The notes beneath the pieces were generated by a model. It did no database searches. It had not been told where the DNA came from and saw only the letters and a list, made by a program, of their open reading frames with translations. Shown one piece after another: positions 18,413 to 27,471 of a DNA stretch of 38,913 nucleotides (its first letter is position 1; each line of letters starts with the position of its first letter). Where the stretch lies: contig CANPXJ010000002.1 of assembly GCA_947585915.1 (NCBI GenBank), forward strand, positions 1 to 38,913, in the 5' to 3' direction. A program made the translations under genes and the position numbers. Source of the DNA: an uncultured Bacilli bacterium (lineage in GTDB: Bacteria; Bacillota_I; Bacilli_A; RF39; UBA660).

Positions 18413-19645
18413 TTATTTTTCTATTTTAATAATTATTTGATATTCCTTATCCAAATCTATTTCTTCCGTATCAATTTTAAAACCCTTTTCTTTAAGTTTA
18501 TCAATAGCATCACGAGCTTGAGTAATAGCACTTGATAAATCTAGTCCAGCGTCCTCAATTTGTTTTTGTTCATAGTTAGGATCTAGCATTTCAACGTTAT
18601 CCATAGGGTCGAATAATGTTTCTAATTCTGGTTCGTCTTCTTCTGGTTCTAACGTTTCGTCAATTACAGGTGTATTGTCTATTTTAACTACGGGCTCATC
18701 ATTAGGAATATTAATAAACTTATTTTCTTGAGTTGGAGGGGTAGTAGGAGCAGACATGTTTTGTGGATTAAATGATTGTCCTAAATCAGGCGGAGTAGCG
18801 TTAAAAATTGAGTCGTCCCCTGATAAAGTATTTAAATTGGCCGATTCGTCTTCTAAAAAATTAAAAAATTTATTTTGGGGTTTGTCAGTTATATCGCTTT
18901 TAGATGTTGGTCTAGGGGCTTGGTTATCAAAATTAAAGAATGTATTTTCGCTTCTATTGTTTGGATTAATGTCAGTTGCTTTATTTTTTATATCATCTAC
19001 ATTACGAGTTATTGTCACTAAAGGGACACTATCATCTTTTTTATCTTGTTCTTTCTTTATTTCCATATCTAATTGTCTAACTGTTAGTCTTTCATTTATT
19101 GTTCTATTTAACCATCTCTTTTGGTCATCTTTATTTTCTAAAGCAAGCAAAGATCTAGCATGACGTTCGGATATTTGCCCATTTAATAAGGCTTGTTGAA
19201 CTTCTTCATCAAGATTTAGTAATCTTAATTTATTAGCAATGGCCGGTTGAGATATACCCATTTTTTTAGCTAATTGTTCTTGAGTTAAGTAACCTTTATC
19301 TAAAATATTTTTGTAACTTCTAGCTTCTTCTATAGCAGTTAAATCTTTTCTTTGAACATTTTCAACTAATGCTACCTCTGCACTAGCTTGGTCATCTATA
19401 TTAGAAATGATAGCTGGAACAGTAGTGAGTCCTGCCATACCTGCGGCACGAAATCTTCTTTCTCCTGCAATTATTTCATATTTATTTCCCATTTTACGAA
19501 GCACTAAAGGTTGAATTATTCCATGTTCTTTTATTGAATTAGAAAGTTCTTGTAATTCATTTTCATCAAAATTAACACGTGGTTGAAATTGATTAGGAAT
19601 AATATCAGCTAAAGAAATTTGCAATACTTCATTACTTGTATTCAT
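18413..19645 (-). CDS. parB: ParB/Spo0J-family protein with a long low-complexity C-terminal extension
   Basis: ParB box IIAGERRFRAAGMAG and HTH GISQPAIANKLRLL. Residues ~205-350 are Pro/Asn/Asp/Glu-rich, followed by a ~50-aa terminal segment. Total 410 aa. Confidence 0.85.
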   Translation of the reverse strand: MNTSNEVLQISLADIIPNQFQPRVNFDENELQELSNSIKEHGIIQPLVLRKMGNKYEIIAGERRFRAAGMAGLTTVPAIISNIDDQASAEVALVENVQRKDLTAIEEARSYKNILDKGYLTQEQLAKKMGISQPAIANKLRLLNLDEEVQQALLNGQISERHARSLLALENKDDQKRWLNRTINERLTVRQLDMEIKKEQDKKDDSVPLVTITRNVDDIKNKATDINPNNRSENTFFNFDNQAPRPTSKSDITDKPQNKFFNFLEDESANLNTLSGDDSIFNATPPDLGQSFNPQNMSAPTTPPTQENKFINIPNDEPVVKIDNTPVIDETLEPEEDEPELETLFDPMDNVEMLDPNYEQKQIEDAGLDLSSAITQARDAIDKLKEKGFKIDTEEIDLDKEYQIIIKIEK

Positions 19646-19679
19646 ACTTAATGCCCCTTTTTATTTTATTCTATAATTT

Positions 19680-19708
19680 ATTTTAGCAATTTTTTAAGAT
19701 TTTAGCAA
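19680..19708 (-). promoter_or_regulatory. Sigma-A-type promoter of parB
   Basis: On the minus strand, TTGCTA (plus 19703-19708), a 17-nt spacer, then TAAAAT (plus 19680-19685). Confidence 0.55.
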
Positions 19709-19857
19709 TAGTTCTGATATTAAAAAATACACATATTTAAGTATGCGCATCTTAATATCAACATTAGTTTAAGGTTTCTTATTGTTTAATCTTTTTTTTA
19801 TTTTTTTACTTTCGTAGTTTCTAAATATATATTCCATAATTTAATTCTTATAATTTA

Positions 19858-20787
19858 TTAACTGTTTTTAGGTGCACTATTGTATTTTTTTATAAATTTG
19901 ATGTAATCAACTAATCTATTAAATTCAGGATCTAAAGAAGTTAATATCTCTTTCATTGTATTCAATTCATGAGTATTATTTCTTAAATTCATTGTTTTTA
20001 AATATATTTTAGATAATTCGACTAATTTCTTTTCTTCCTGCTTTATGTCACTAATGTTTAAATCTAATATTCCTAATTTTTCGATTAATTTTTTATCTAT
20101 AATATTCTTTAAATATTCATCATTTTCTATATAACTTATTTTTTCTTTTACAGCATTTAATTCTTTTTCAATATCTTTATTCTTAGATACTCTTATAAAT
20201 CCATCGCTAGTAACTTCACTAATTATTTTTCTTCCTGCACCATACCTACGTGCTAATATAATAAAGTTTAAATAATTTATAAATATCATTCTATCAAAAT
20301 TTTTCAAATCTATAGCCAAATTTTGACCAAGAATTTTGTTGTCAGAAATTCTTGCTAAATGTTCATGAGTTGTATTTTTCCATTTGGTTATATCTTTTTC
20401 ACTTACCAAATAATATTCAGTATGCTCGTTGTCTAGATATACTTTAATATTATGATTATTATAATCAACCTCATACCCATGTACAAAGTTTATTTTATCG
20501 GGAATATCAATTTCATTTTCATATGTGTGAAAATCCGTGTGAAAATCAAGTTCTTTTCGGTTTTCAGAAAAATAATAATGACTAAATAGGTTCCCATTTT
20601 CATCAGTAATTTTTATGTCATATCTATAAGAATAATAATCACTATAGTTATCATTTTCTAATTTAGTAATTTTTTCAATTTTAAAATTTCCTCTTGAAGT
20701 ACTTACATTATATTCCCCATCTTCTAATTCTGATAGACTTCTCATCAAGTGCATGTTTTCTTCTTTATTTTTTATTTCGTTTTCCAT
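19858..20787 (-). CDS. Orphan paralog 1 of 3 (short form, lacks the C-terminal module)
   Basis: GGGAGG-ttttgttt-ATG at 20787. The track start at 20793 is an upstream TTG. The N-terminus MENEIKNKEENMHLMRSLSELEDGEYNVSTSRGNFKIEK is shared with the two upstream genes, as is NTHELNTMKEILTSLDPEF. Confidence 0.8.
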   Translation of the reverse strand: MENEIKNKEENMHLMRSLSELEDGEYNVSTSRGNFKIEKITKLENDNYSDYYSYRYDIKITDENGNLFSHYYFSENRKELDFHTDFHTYENEIDIPDKINFVHGYEVDYNNHNIKVYLDNEHTEYYLVSEKDITKWKNTTHEHLARISDNKILGQNLAIDLKNFDRMIFINYLNFIILARRYGAGRKIISEVTSDGFIRVSKNKDIEKELNAVKEKISYIENDEYLKNIIDKKLIEKLGILDLNISDIKQEEKKLVELSKIYLKTMNLRNNTHELNTMKEILTSLDPEFNRLVDYIKFIKKYNSAPKNS

Positions 20788-20846
20788 AAACAAAACCTCC
20801 CTTTGTTTTTTTTTAGTTATTATAATTTAGCTTTTTTGTTAATGAT

Positions 20847-22121
20847 TTAATTTTTCCCTTCACATCTTCTTTTTATTCTCTTCATTTCCTCATCTTCTTT
20901 TTGGTTTTGAATGATAATATCTATACCATCTATTATCTCTTGCGTATAGGCTCGGTCTAGACTTGTTATGTTATTTCCTTTTTCATCACTCATACGATAA
21001 CCATTATATAAAATATCAATTTGTAGTTTTCCTAAATTAGAAACATCAACAAAATATACTCCACAATGTAATTCTTTCAATTTATCATATAGCTCATCTG
21101 CAACGTGTGGTAGAGATTCATAAAAATGCTTTTTATTCATTTTAGTTTTTCTAAATTTTGGATTCAATTCAGATACTATTTCTATCATTGTATTTAATTC
21201 ATGAGCATTGGTTAAAATTTTCTTTGCTCCTAAATATAATCTACAATATTTTAATAATTCTTTTTCTTTACTTTTTAAATTATTTAAACTAACTTTTTTT
21301 TCAGTTAACTCTGATAATAAATCTTTATTTATTGGATCACTTAATTTTTGTTCAATATCCTCATCCATTGGCACTCTTATAGTCATGCCATTAATATCTA
21401 TTATTTTATCAAAATTAGATAAGTCTATTTTAAGTAAGCCTTCATTTATATTATCTTTATTATCAGTAATAAATAATATATTATCACTATCAATATCTAT
21501 TATTTTACGATTTGTGTTTTTATAATCCGTAATAAATGCATCAGTTGGTGCTTTCTTCGGATCAAAACTTTCTGTTCTATATACTTTACCACAACTTTCT
21601 AAGTCAAGAAAAATAACATGATAAACAACTTTACCATCCTTATTGAAAAACATAATTGAATCATTATGTCTTTCTTTTAAATTAACCTTATATGTATATT
21701 CAAAATCCGATGTATCATAATAGTCTATTTCTTTGTCATAATCCCAATAATTTGGAGGTTGAGAGCAATAACACTTAAAGTATTCAGCAAATAAATTATC
21801 GTTTTCATCAAAAATTAAAACTTTATTATCTTCATAAAATCCTGGTATATATTCTTTTGGTTTAATAACACCTGATCCACTTACTTTTATTTTAAAATTT
21901 CCTTTAGAGGTCTTTACTCTATATTCCACATTTGCTAGTTTTATCAAACTTCTCATTATATTCATATTAGCTTCTTTATTTTTTATCTCTTTTCTTATAT
22001 TACTTTTGATATTAAAATCTTTTTCTTCAGTTTCTAAAGAAGTTTCCATATTTTTTGCCTTTAAATTTAATATTTTTTTTATTATTCCAAGATTTTGCAA
22101 TTTTTTTATTTCATTCTTCAT
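20847..22121 (-). CDS. Orphan paralog 2 of 3 (long form with a duplicated or inserted N-terminal segment)
   Basis: GGAGG-ttttgttt-ATG at 22121. In the track start at 22136, the ATG overlaps the RBS. It contains KEIKNKEANMNIMRSL, NAHELNTMIEIVSELNPKF and the C-terminal module LKELHCGVYFVDVSNLGKLQIDILYNGYRMSDEKGN. Confidence 0.8.
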   Translation of the reverse strand: MKNEIKKLQNLGIIKKILNLKAKNMETSLETEEKDFNIKSNIRKEIKNKEANMNIMRSLIKLANVEYRVKTSKGNFKIKVSGSGVIKPKEYIPGFYEDNKVLIFDENDNLFAEYFKCYCSQPPNYWDYDKEIDYYDTSDFEYTYKVNLKERHNDSIMFFNKDGKVVYHVIFLDLESCGKVYRTESFDPKKAPTDAFITDYKNTNRKIIDIDSDNILFITDNKDNINEGLLKIDLSNFDKIIDINGMTIRVPMDEDIEQKLSDPINKDLLSELTEKKVSLNNLKSKEKELLKYCRLYLGAKKILTNAHELNTMIEIVSELNPKFRKTKMNKKHFYESLPHVADELYDKLKELHCGVYFVDVSNLGKLQIDILYNGYRMSDEKGNNITSLDRAYTQEIIDGIDIIIQNQKEDEEMKRIKRRCEGKN

Positions 22122-22155
22122 AAACAAAACCTCCATTATTTCAACTTAGTAATTA

Positions 22156-23328
22156 TTATAGTTTAGCTAATCTTCTTGTTAATGATTTAATTTCTTCTTC
22201 CATATCTTCTTTTGTTTGTGAGCGAAGTATTTCCTCTACCCCTTTTAGTATCCAAGCTCTCCATATAGGATTATGAATTTTCTTACAAACATTTCCATCT
22301 TCTGTACTAATTCTATATCCGTCTGGAAAAATATCAATTTGTAGTATTCTAAAACTATCTATATTAACAAAATATATACCACATTTTAATTCTTGTAATT
22401 TTTCATCAAGTTCTTTTGCTACAATTGTTTCCTTCTTATCACATATCTCTTTTTTTGGTAATTTCTTAAACTCAGGATTTAAACCTATTGCTATTTTTGT
22501 CATTAGATCTAAATTATGTGTATAATTTAAAGCCTCCATTGCTTTTGCATATAATTTAGATAATTCAGTTAATTTTTTTTCTTCTTTCTTTATCCCACTA
22601 TAGTCTAAATCAGAAATATATAAAGATTCACAGACTTTAAATTTCGACGAATCCTTGTCTATAACTTTATTTAAATATTCATTTTTTTCAATTTGACTAT
22701 TTATTTCTTGATTTATTTTATCTAAATAGCTATTAAATTGTTCAACTCCTTGCTTATATTTATTTATTTCTTCAATAATATCTTTGTCTTTTGATATTCT
22801 TATTTCCTTCTCATTAATTTTTATTATTCGATCAAAATTGTTTAAATCTATTGAAAGGTATTCTGTATCATCCTTTAAATCATTAGTAATTATGTTATTA
22901 TCAACATAAATTCCTTGGGTTGCACCTTCTTCGTTAGGAAAGAAAATATCTGTTTCATCTATAGTATAAAATATTGTATGTTCTTTATTGGTATAAATAT
23001 AGACTTTTGCTTCCTTACAATCTATATCATACCCATAATTTAAGTTAAGTTCAGGAGAATGATCTGCCTCTCTTTCTAACAAGTCCCCCTCTGTATTACT
23101 ATTATAATAGTGATTGTAATAGTATTGACTAAATGGAGCACCTTGTTCATCCGTAATTAAAATATTTTTATATTCATCATACGCACCACAAACAATATTA
23201 CAAGTTCCTGATTTTTCTATTTTAAATTTACCTTCGAGAGTATTTACACTATATTCCCCATCTTTTAGTTCTGATATCATTCTCATCAAGCGCATGTTTG
23301 CATCTTTGTTTTTTATTTCATTCTTCAT
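22156..23328 (-). CDS. Orphan paralog 3 of 3 (long form)
   Basis: GGAGG-ttttgttt-ATG at 23328. MKNEIKNKDANMRLMRMISELKDGEYSVNTLEGKFKIEK, and the C-terminal module LQELKCGIYFVNIDSFRILQIDIFPDGYRISTEDGN. Confidence 0.8.
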   Translation of the reverse strand: MKNEIKNKDANMRLMRMISELKDGEYSVNTLEGKFKIEKSGTCNIVCGAYDEYKNILITDEQGAPFSQYYYNHYYNSNTEGDLLEREADHSPELNLNYGYDIDCKEAKVYIYTNKEHTIFYTIDETDIFFPNEEGATQGIYVDNNIITNDLKDDTEYLSIDLNNFDRIIKINEKEIRISKDKDIIEEINKYKQGVEQFNSYLDKINQEINSQIEKNEYLNKVIDKDSSKFKVCESLYISDLDYSGIKKEEKKLTELSKLYAKAMEALNYTHNLDLMTKIAIGLNPEFKKLPKKEICDKKETIVAKELDEKLQELKCGIYFVNIDSFRILQIDIFPDGYRISTEDGNVCKKIHNPIWRAWILKGVEEILRSQTKEDMEEEIKSLTRRLAKL

Positions 23329-23354
23329 AAACAAAACCTCCTCATTTCATTTTA

Positions 23355-23363
23355 ATTATACCA
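23355..23363 (-). promoter_or_regulatory. Extended -10 element (TGgTATAAT) in front of paralog 3
   Basis: On the minus strand, TGgTATAAT lies about 20 nt upstream of the GGAGG of paralog 3, in the 48-bp gap after rsmG. TATAAT hexamers also precede paralogs 2 and 1 at similar distances. Confidence 0.45.
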
Positions 23364-23376
23364 TTTATAGTCCCGT

Positions 23377-24090
23377 TTATAAAGGTCTTTTCTTAATCTT
23401 ATCGTATCTTCTTGGATACTTTGAAGGATTAGAATTTATCTTTTTAAATTTTATTAAAGTTCTAAGTGACTCTTCAATTGGTAAATTAAATTCACAAATA
23501 TCTTCAGTTTTTCCATTTAAAACTAAAAGAGCATTATTAATATTACTTACTTCTTCTTTTGCTTCGCCTTTTAAAGATACGAAAAAACCATCTTTTTTAA
23601 CAAAAGGTAAACATAACTCTAATAAAATATTTAAATTAGCAACGGCCCTGGCTGTAACTAAATCATATTTATCATAATTATTTAAAGCATATTCTTCTGC
23701 CCTACTATGAATCAAATTCACATCTTTTAAATTCAATTTTTCGACTAATTTTTTTAAAAATAAAATTTTTTTATTATTAGCATCAATTATATCTAATTTT
23801 AAATGTGGATAAAAAATTTTTAAAACAATTCCGGGAAATCCTCCCCCACTACCTACATCTAATAAAGAAGCAATCTTATTTAAATCAATTATCTTCGTAA
23901 TCGTTAAACTATCATAAAAATGCTTTAAGTATACATCTTCCTTTTTGGTAATAGCTGTGATATTTATTTTAGCATTCCAGTAAATTAAAGTTTCATAATA
24001 AACATTTAATTTTTCTAACATTTCTTTGGTATATAAAATATTTAACGTTTCTAACTCTTTAATAAACACTTTTTCATTCATTTTTGCCAT
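23377..24090 (-). CDS. rsmG: 16S rRNA (guanine527-N7)-methyltransferase
   Basis: SAM motif LLDVGSGGGFPGIVLKI, 237 aa, downstream of mnmG. Confidence 0.93.
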   Translation of the reverse strand: MAKMNEKVFIKELETLNILYTKEMLEKLNVYYETLIYWNAKINITAITKKEDVYLKHFYDSLTITKIIDLNKIASLLDVGSGGGFPGIVLKIFYPHLKLDIIDANNKKILFLKKLVEKLNLKDVNLIHSRAEEYALNNYDKYDLVTARAVANLNILLELCLPFVKKDGFFVSLKGEAKEEVSNINNALLVLNGKTEDICEFNLPIEESLRTLIKFKKINSNPSKYPRRYDKIKKRPL

Positions 24091-25960
24091 ACTCTTTCTT
24101 TAAATATACTGATAATACTGCAATATCGGAAGGATTGACACCACTTATTCTTGTTGCTTGAGCAATAGTAGTAGGATTTACTTTTTTTAATTTTTCTAAA
24201 GCTTCAGTAGCTAGGTTACCAACTTTATCGTAATCAATATCTTTAGGGATTTTTTTGTTTTCTAAACTTATTAACCTTTCTACTTCTTTTTTAGTTTTTT
24301 CAATATACCCTTCATATTTAATTGCTATTTCTACTTGCTCTAATATTTCTTCGTTATAATCTAAACTGCAAAAGTTTTTTAAAAATTTAATATTTATTTC
24401 AGGTCTTTTTAATAACTTACTTAAACTTTCTGAACGATTAGGAATTTCTATATTATTTTGAGTAAATATTTTCTTTGTTTCTTCGTTTAGTTTAAGATTT
24501 GTCGTTTTTAAAAGATTAATAACATAATTTATGTTTTTTTCTTTTTCAATTAGATTATCATATTGTTTTTGGTCAATTAAGCCTATTTCATATCCATATT
24601 TTCTTAAGCGTAGATCAGCATTATCTCCTCTTAATAATAAACGATATTCGGCTCTTGATGTAAGCAATCGATATGGTTCTTTCGTTCCTTTGGTAACTAA
24701 ATCATCAATTAAAACACCAATATAAGCTTCATTTCTTTTTAAAACTAAAGGTTCTTTGCTATCAATTTTTAAGCAAGCATTTATACCAGCCATTAAGCCT
24801 TGCGCAGCAGCTTCCTCATAACCACTAGTTCCATTAATCTGACCAGCTGTAAATAAATTAGTAATTATTTTTGTTTCTAAAGAACTTTTTATTTGTAAAG
24901 GATTTATAGCATCATATTCGATAGCATAAGCATATTTATTTATTTTTGCTTTTTCAAACCCTTTTAAACTATGAACCATTCTTTCTTGAACATCCTTTGG
25001 CATACTAGTTGAAAATCCTTGTAAATACCATTCATCATTAGAAACTGTTTCTGGTTCTAAAAACAATTGATGTCTTTCTTTATCTTGAAATCTAACAATT
25101 TTATCTTCAATAGATGGACAATATCTAGGTCCTACTCCCTCAACATATCCTCCATACATACTTGATTTATCTAAATTTTCTTTGATTATTTTATGAGTTT
25201 TTTCATTTGTATAAACTAAATAACAACTTATTTGTTTATCTAAGTCATAGCTTGGTTCATTATCAAAACTAAAAGTATAATACTTATTATCCCCTTTTTC
25301 TTCTTGTAATTCTTTTAAATTAACTGTTCTTTTATCAATACGCGGAGGTGTTCCAGTTTTAAGTCTTTGAATTTCAAAACCTAAATTTCTTAATTTATCA
25401 CTTAAATTTTTAGAAAAGTTTTCCCCATGAGGTCCGCTGGGGGTTTTAGTATCCCCAACTAAAATTTGGGATTTTAAGTAAGTTCCAGTTGTTAAAATGA
25501 CACATTTAGACTTTATTATTTCGCCATTTTCTAAAATAACACCCTCTATTTTTTTGTTCTTTACATCTAATCCTTCAACCATAGCTTCTTTAATTTCTAA
25601 ATATTTTTGGCTTTTTAAAATATTTAACATCGCTTTAGGATATTCTACTTTATCAGCTTGAGCTCTTAAAGACCTTACGGCTGGACCCTTTTTAGAATTT
25701 AACATTTTTATTTGTAAATGAGTCTTATCAGCAACCTTTCCCATTATTCCTCCAAGAGCATCTATTTCTCTAACTACAATTCCTTTGGCTGTTCCCCCAA
25801 TTGAAGGATTACAGGGCATATCGGCAATATTTTTAATGTTAGCACTTATTAATAAAGTTTTTTTCTTTAATTTACTACAAGCATAAGAGGCTTCACAACC
25901 TGCATGGCCTCCACCAACAACAATAACATCATACATATTTTCACCTACTTTCCTAAACAA
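24074..25960 (-). CDS. mnmG: tRNA uridine 5-carboxymethylaminomethyl modification enzyme MnmG
   Basis: FAD motif YDVIVVGGGHAGCEA. The probable true start is the ATG at 25936 (AGGTGA 5 nt upstream), which removes the overlap with mnmE. Confidence 0.96.
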   Translation of the reverse strand: MFRKVGENMYDVIVVGGGHAGCEASYACSKLKKKTLLISANIKNIADMPCNPSIGGTAKGIVVREIDALGGIMGKVADKTHLQIKMLNSKKGPAVRSLRAQADKVEYPKAMLNILKSQKYLEIKEAMVEGLDVKNKKIEGVILENGEIIKSKCVILTTGTYLKSQILVGDTKTPSGPHGENFSKNLSDKLRNLGFEIQRLKTGTPPRIDKRTVNLKELQEEKGDNKYYTFSFDNEPSYDLDKQISCYLVYTNEKTHKIIKENLDKSSMYGGYVEGVGPRYCPSIEDKIVRFQDKERHQLFLEPETVSNDEWYLQGFSTSMPKDVQERMVHSLKGFEKAKINKYAYAIEYDAINPLQIKSSLETKIITNLFTAGQINGTSGYEEAAAQGLMAGINACLKIDSKEPLVLKRNEAYIGVLIDDLVTKGTKEPYRLLTSRAEYRLLLRGDNADLRLRKYGYEIGLIDQKQYDNLIEKEKNINYVINLLKTTNLKLNEETKKIFTQNNIEIPNRSESLSKLLKRPEINIKFLKNFCSLDYNEEILEQVEIAIKYEGYIEKTKKEVERLISLENKKIPKDIDYDKVGNLATEALEKLKKVNPTTIAQATRISGVNPSDIAVLSVYLKKEYGKNE

Positions 25961-27294
25961 AAGTTTTTAAATAGTTCATCTATTAATTCATCTTGATAAG
26001 TCTCCCCAGTAATTTCTCCTAAAACATCATAAATTCTTTTTAAATCAATTTCAATTAAATCTACAGGCATTTCATTTTCTATTTGTTCTTTGATAGATTC
26101 AATTAACTTTTTCGCTCCCTTTAACAAAGCAATTTGACGAGCATTACTTATATAGGTAAAATCATTTAGATTAAGTGAACCTAAATTAAACATTTCAATT
26201 AATTTTTCTTTTAAATTATCTATTCCATCTTCATTTATTGTATTACCATAAATAACATCTATCGTATTTTTTAAATCTATGTTTAATTTTTTATCATTTT
26301 TATTAATAAAGATTAAGCTCTTTTTTGACTTTACAGATTCAAGGATTTTTTTATCTTCTAAAGTTAACTTTTCAGTTCCATTTAAAACAACAATAACTAA
26401 ATCAGCATCATTAATTGTATTTATTGACTTTTCTACTCCTATTTTTTCTACTTTATCACTAGTATCTCTAATTCCCGCTGTGTCAATAAATCTAAACTTA
26501 ATACCTTTTAAAGAAATACTACCCTCAACTATATCTCTAGTAGTTCCCGCTATATCGGTAACAATTGCTTTATCTTCTTCGATTAATTTATTAAGTAAAC
26601 TTGATTTTCCGACATTAGGTCGACCTATTAAAGCAACTTTAATTCCCTCTTGAATTAATTTTCCATCTTTAGCTGTATCTAATATTTCTTTTAATTTTTT
26701 TTCAATTATTTTTATTTTTTCTTTTAATATATCAACTGTTACTAAAACTGCATCTTCATATTCTGGATAATCAATATTGACCTCAATATTAGCTAAAACT
26801 TCAAGTATTTCCTGACGCAGATTTTTAATTATTTTAGATAACTTTCCCCCTATTTGATTTAAAGACAGTTCTCTTGAAGCATCGGTTGTTGATGAAATTA
26901 AATCACTTACAGCTTCCGCTTGGATTAAATCTATTCGCCCATTTAGAAAAGCTCTTTTTGTAAATTCCCCAGCTTCTGCTAAACGACACCCATTACAAAG
27001 TAATATTTCTAATACTTTATTAGTTGAAGAAATACCTCCATGAGAGTTTATTTCTACCACATCTTCTTTTGTATATGTTTTAGGTGCTTTCATTATAGAT
27101 ACTAAGACTTCATCAATTATCTTATTTTTATCTATAATATATCCATAATTGATAGTATGACTATCAACTTTATTTAAATCTTTACCTTTAAAAACTTTAT
27201 TAACAATTGAAATGGCTTCTGGTCCACTAACTCTAATTATCGAAATTGCTCCAACTCCTAGAGCAGTTGAAATAGCACAAATAGTATCGTTCAT
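25945..27294 (-). CDS. mnmE: tRNA modification GTPase MnmE
   Basis: G1 motif GRPNVGKSSLLN, DTAGIR, and the C-terminal FCLGK. Confidence 0.96.
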   Translation of the reverse strand: MNDTICAISTALGVGAISIIRVSGPEAISIVNKVFKGKDLNKVDSHTINYGYIIDKNKIIDEVLVSIMKAPKTYTKEDVVEINSHGGISSTNKVLEILLCNGCRLAEAGEFTKRAFLNGRIDLIQAEAVSDLISSTTDASRELSLNQIGGKLSKIIKNLRQEILEVLANIEVNIDYPEYEDAVLVTVDILKEKIKIIEKKLKEILDTAKDGKLIQEGIKVALIGRPNVGKSSLLNKLIEEDKAIVTDIAGTTRDIVEGSISLKGIKFRFIDTAGIRDTSDKVEKIGVEKSINTINDADLVIVVLNGTEKLTLEDKKILESVKSKKSLIFINKNDKKLNIDLKNTIDVIYGNTINEDGIDNLKEKLIEMFNLGSLNLNDFTYISNARQIALLKGAKKLIESIKEQIENEMPVDLIEIDLKRIYDVLGEITGETYQDELIDELFKNFCLGK

Positions 27295-27319
27295 GAAAAA
27301 ACACCTCCTTGACAGAGGT

Positions 27320-27348
27320 ATTATAGCATGTTGAAGACTTTATCCACA
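27320..27348 (-). promoter_or_regulatory. mnmE promoter (TGcTATAAT) with a perfect DnaA box over the -35 position
   Basis: On the minus strand, TGcTATAAT (-10 at plus 27320-27325). TTATCCACA on the plus strand at 27340-27348 overlaps where the -35 should be. Confidence 0.5.
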
Positions 27349-27471
27349 ACCTAAATTACGAAAATATTTTAAGATATTATTACAAAATTTTTAAGTGATT
27401 TATAATAAATACTTTTTTTACTTTTTACATAATATATTTTATTTTGATAATATTTATCATTTAATTTATTA

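Noticed and set aside
19576-19581. CACGTG core inside parB, and another at 38872-38888, considered as candidate parS sites.
   Set aside because: The flanks do not match TGTTNCACGTGAAACA. The parB site reads ATTAACACGTGGTTGA, and the other is part of a simple hairpin.
20788-20793. The MFM/MEVLFM N-terminal extensions of the three paralogs as given in the ORF track (also at 22122-22136 and 23329-23334).
   Set aside because: The extra codons start at a TTG or at an ATG that overlaps the GGAGG Shine-Dalgarno itself. The conserved GGAGG-N8-ATG arrangement points to the downstream ATG in all three.
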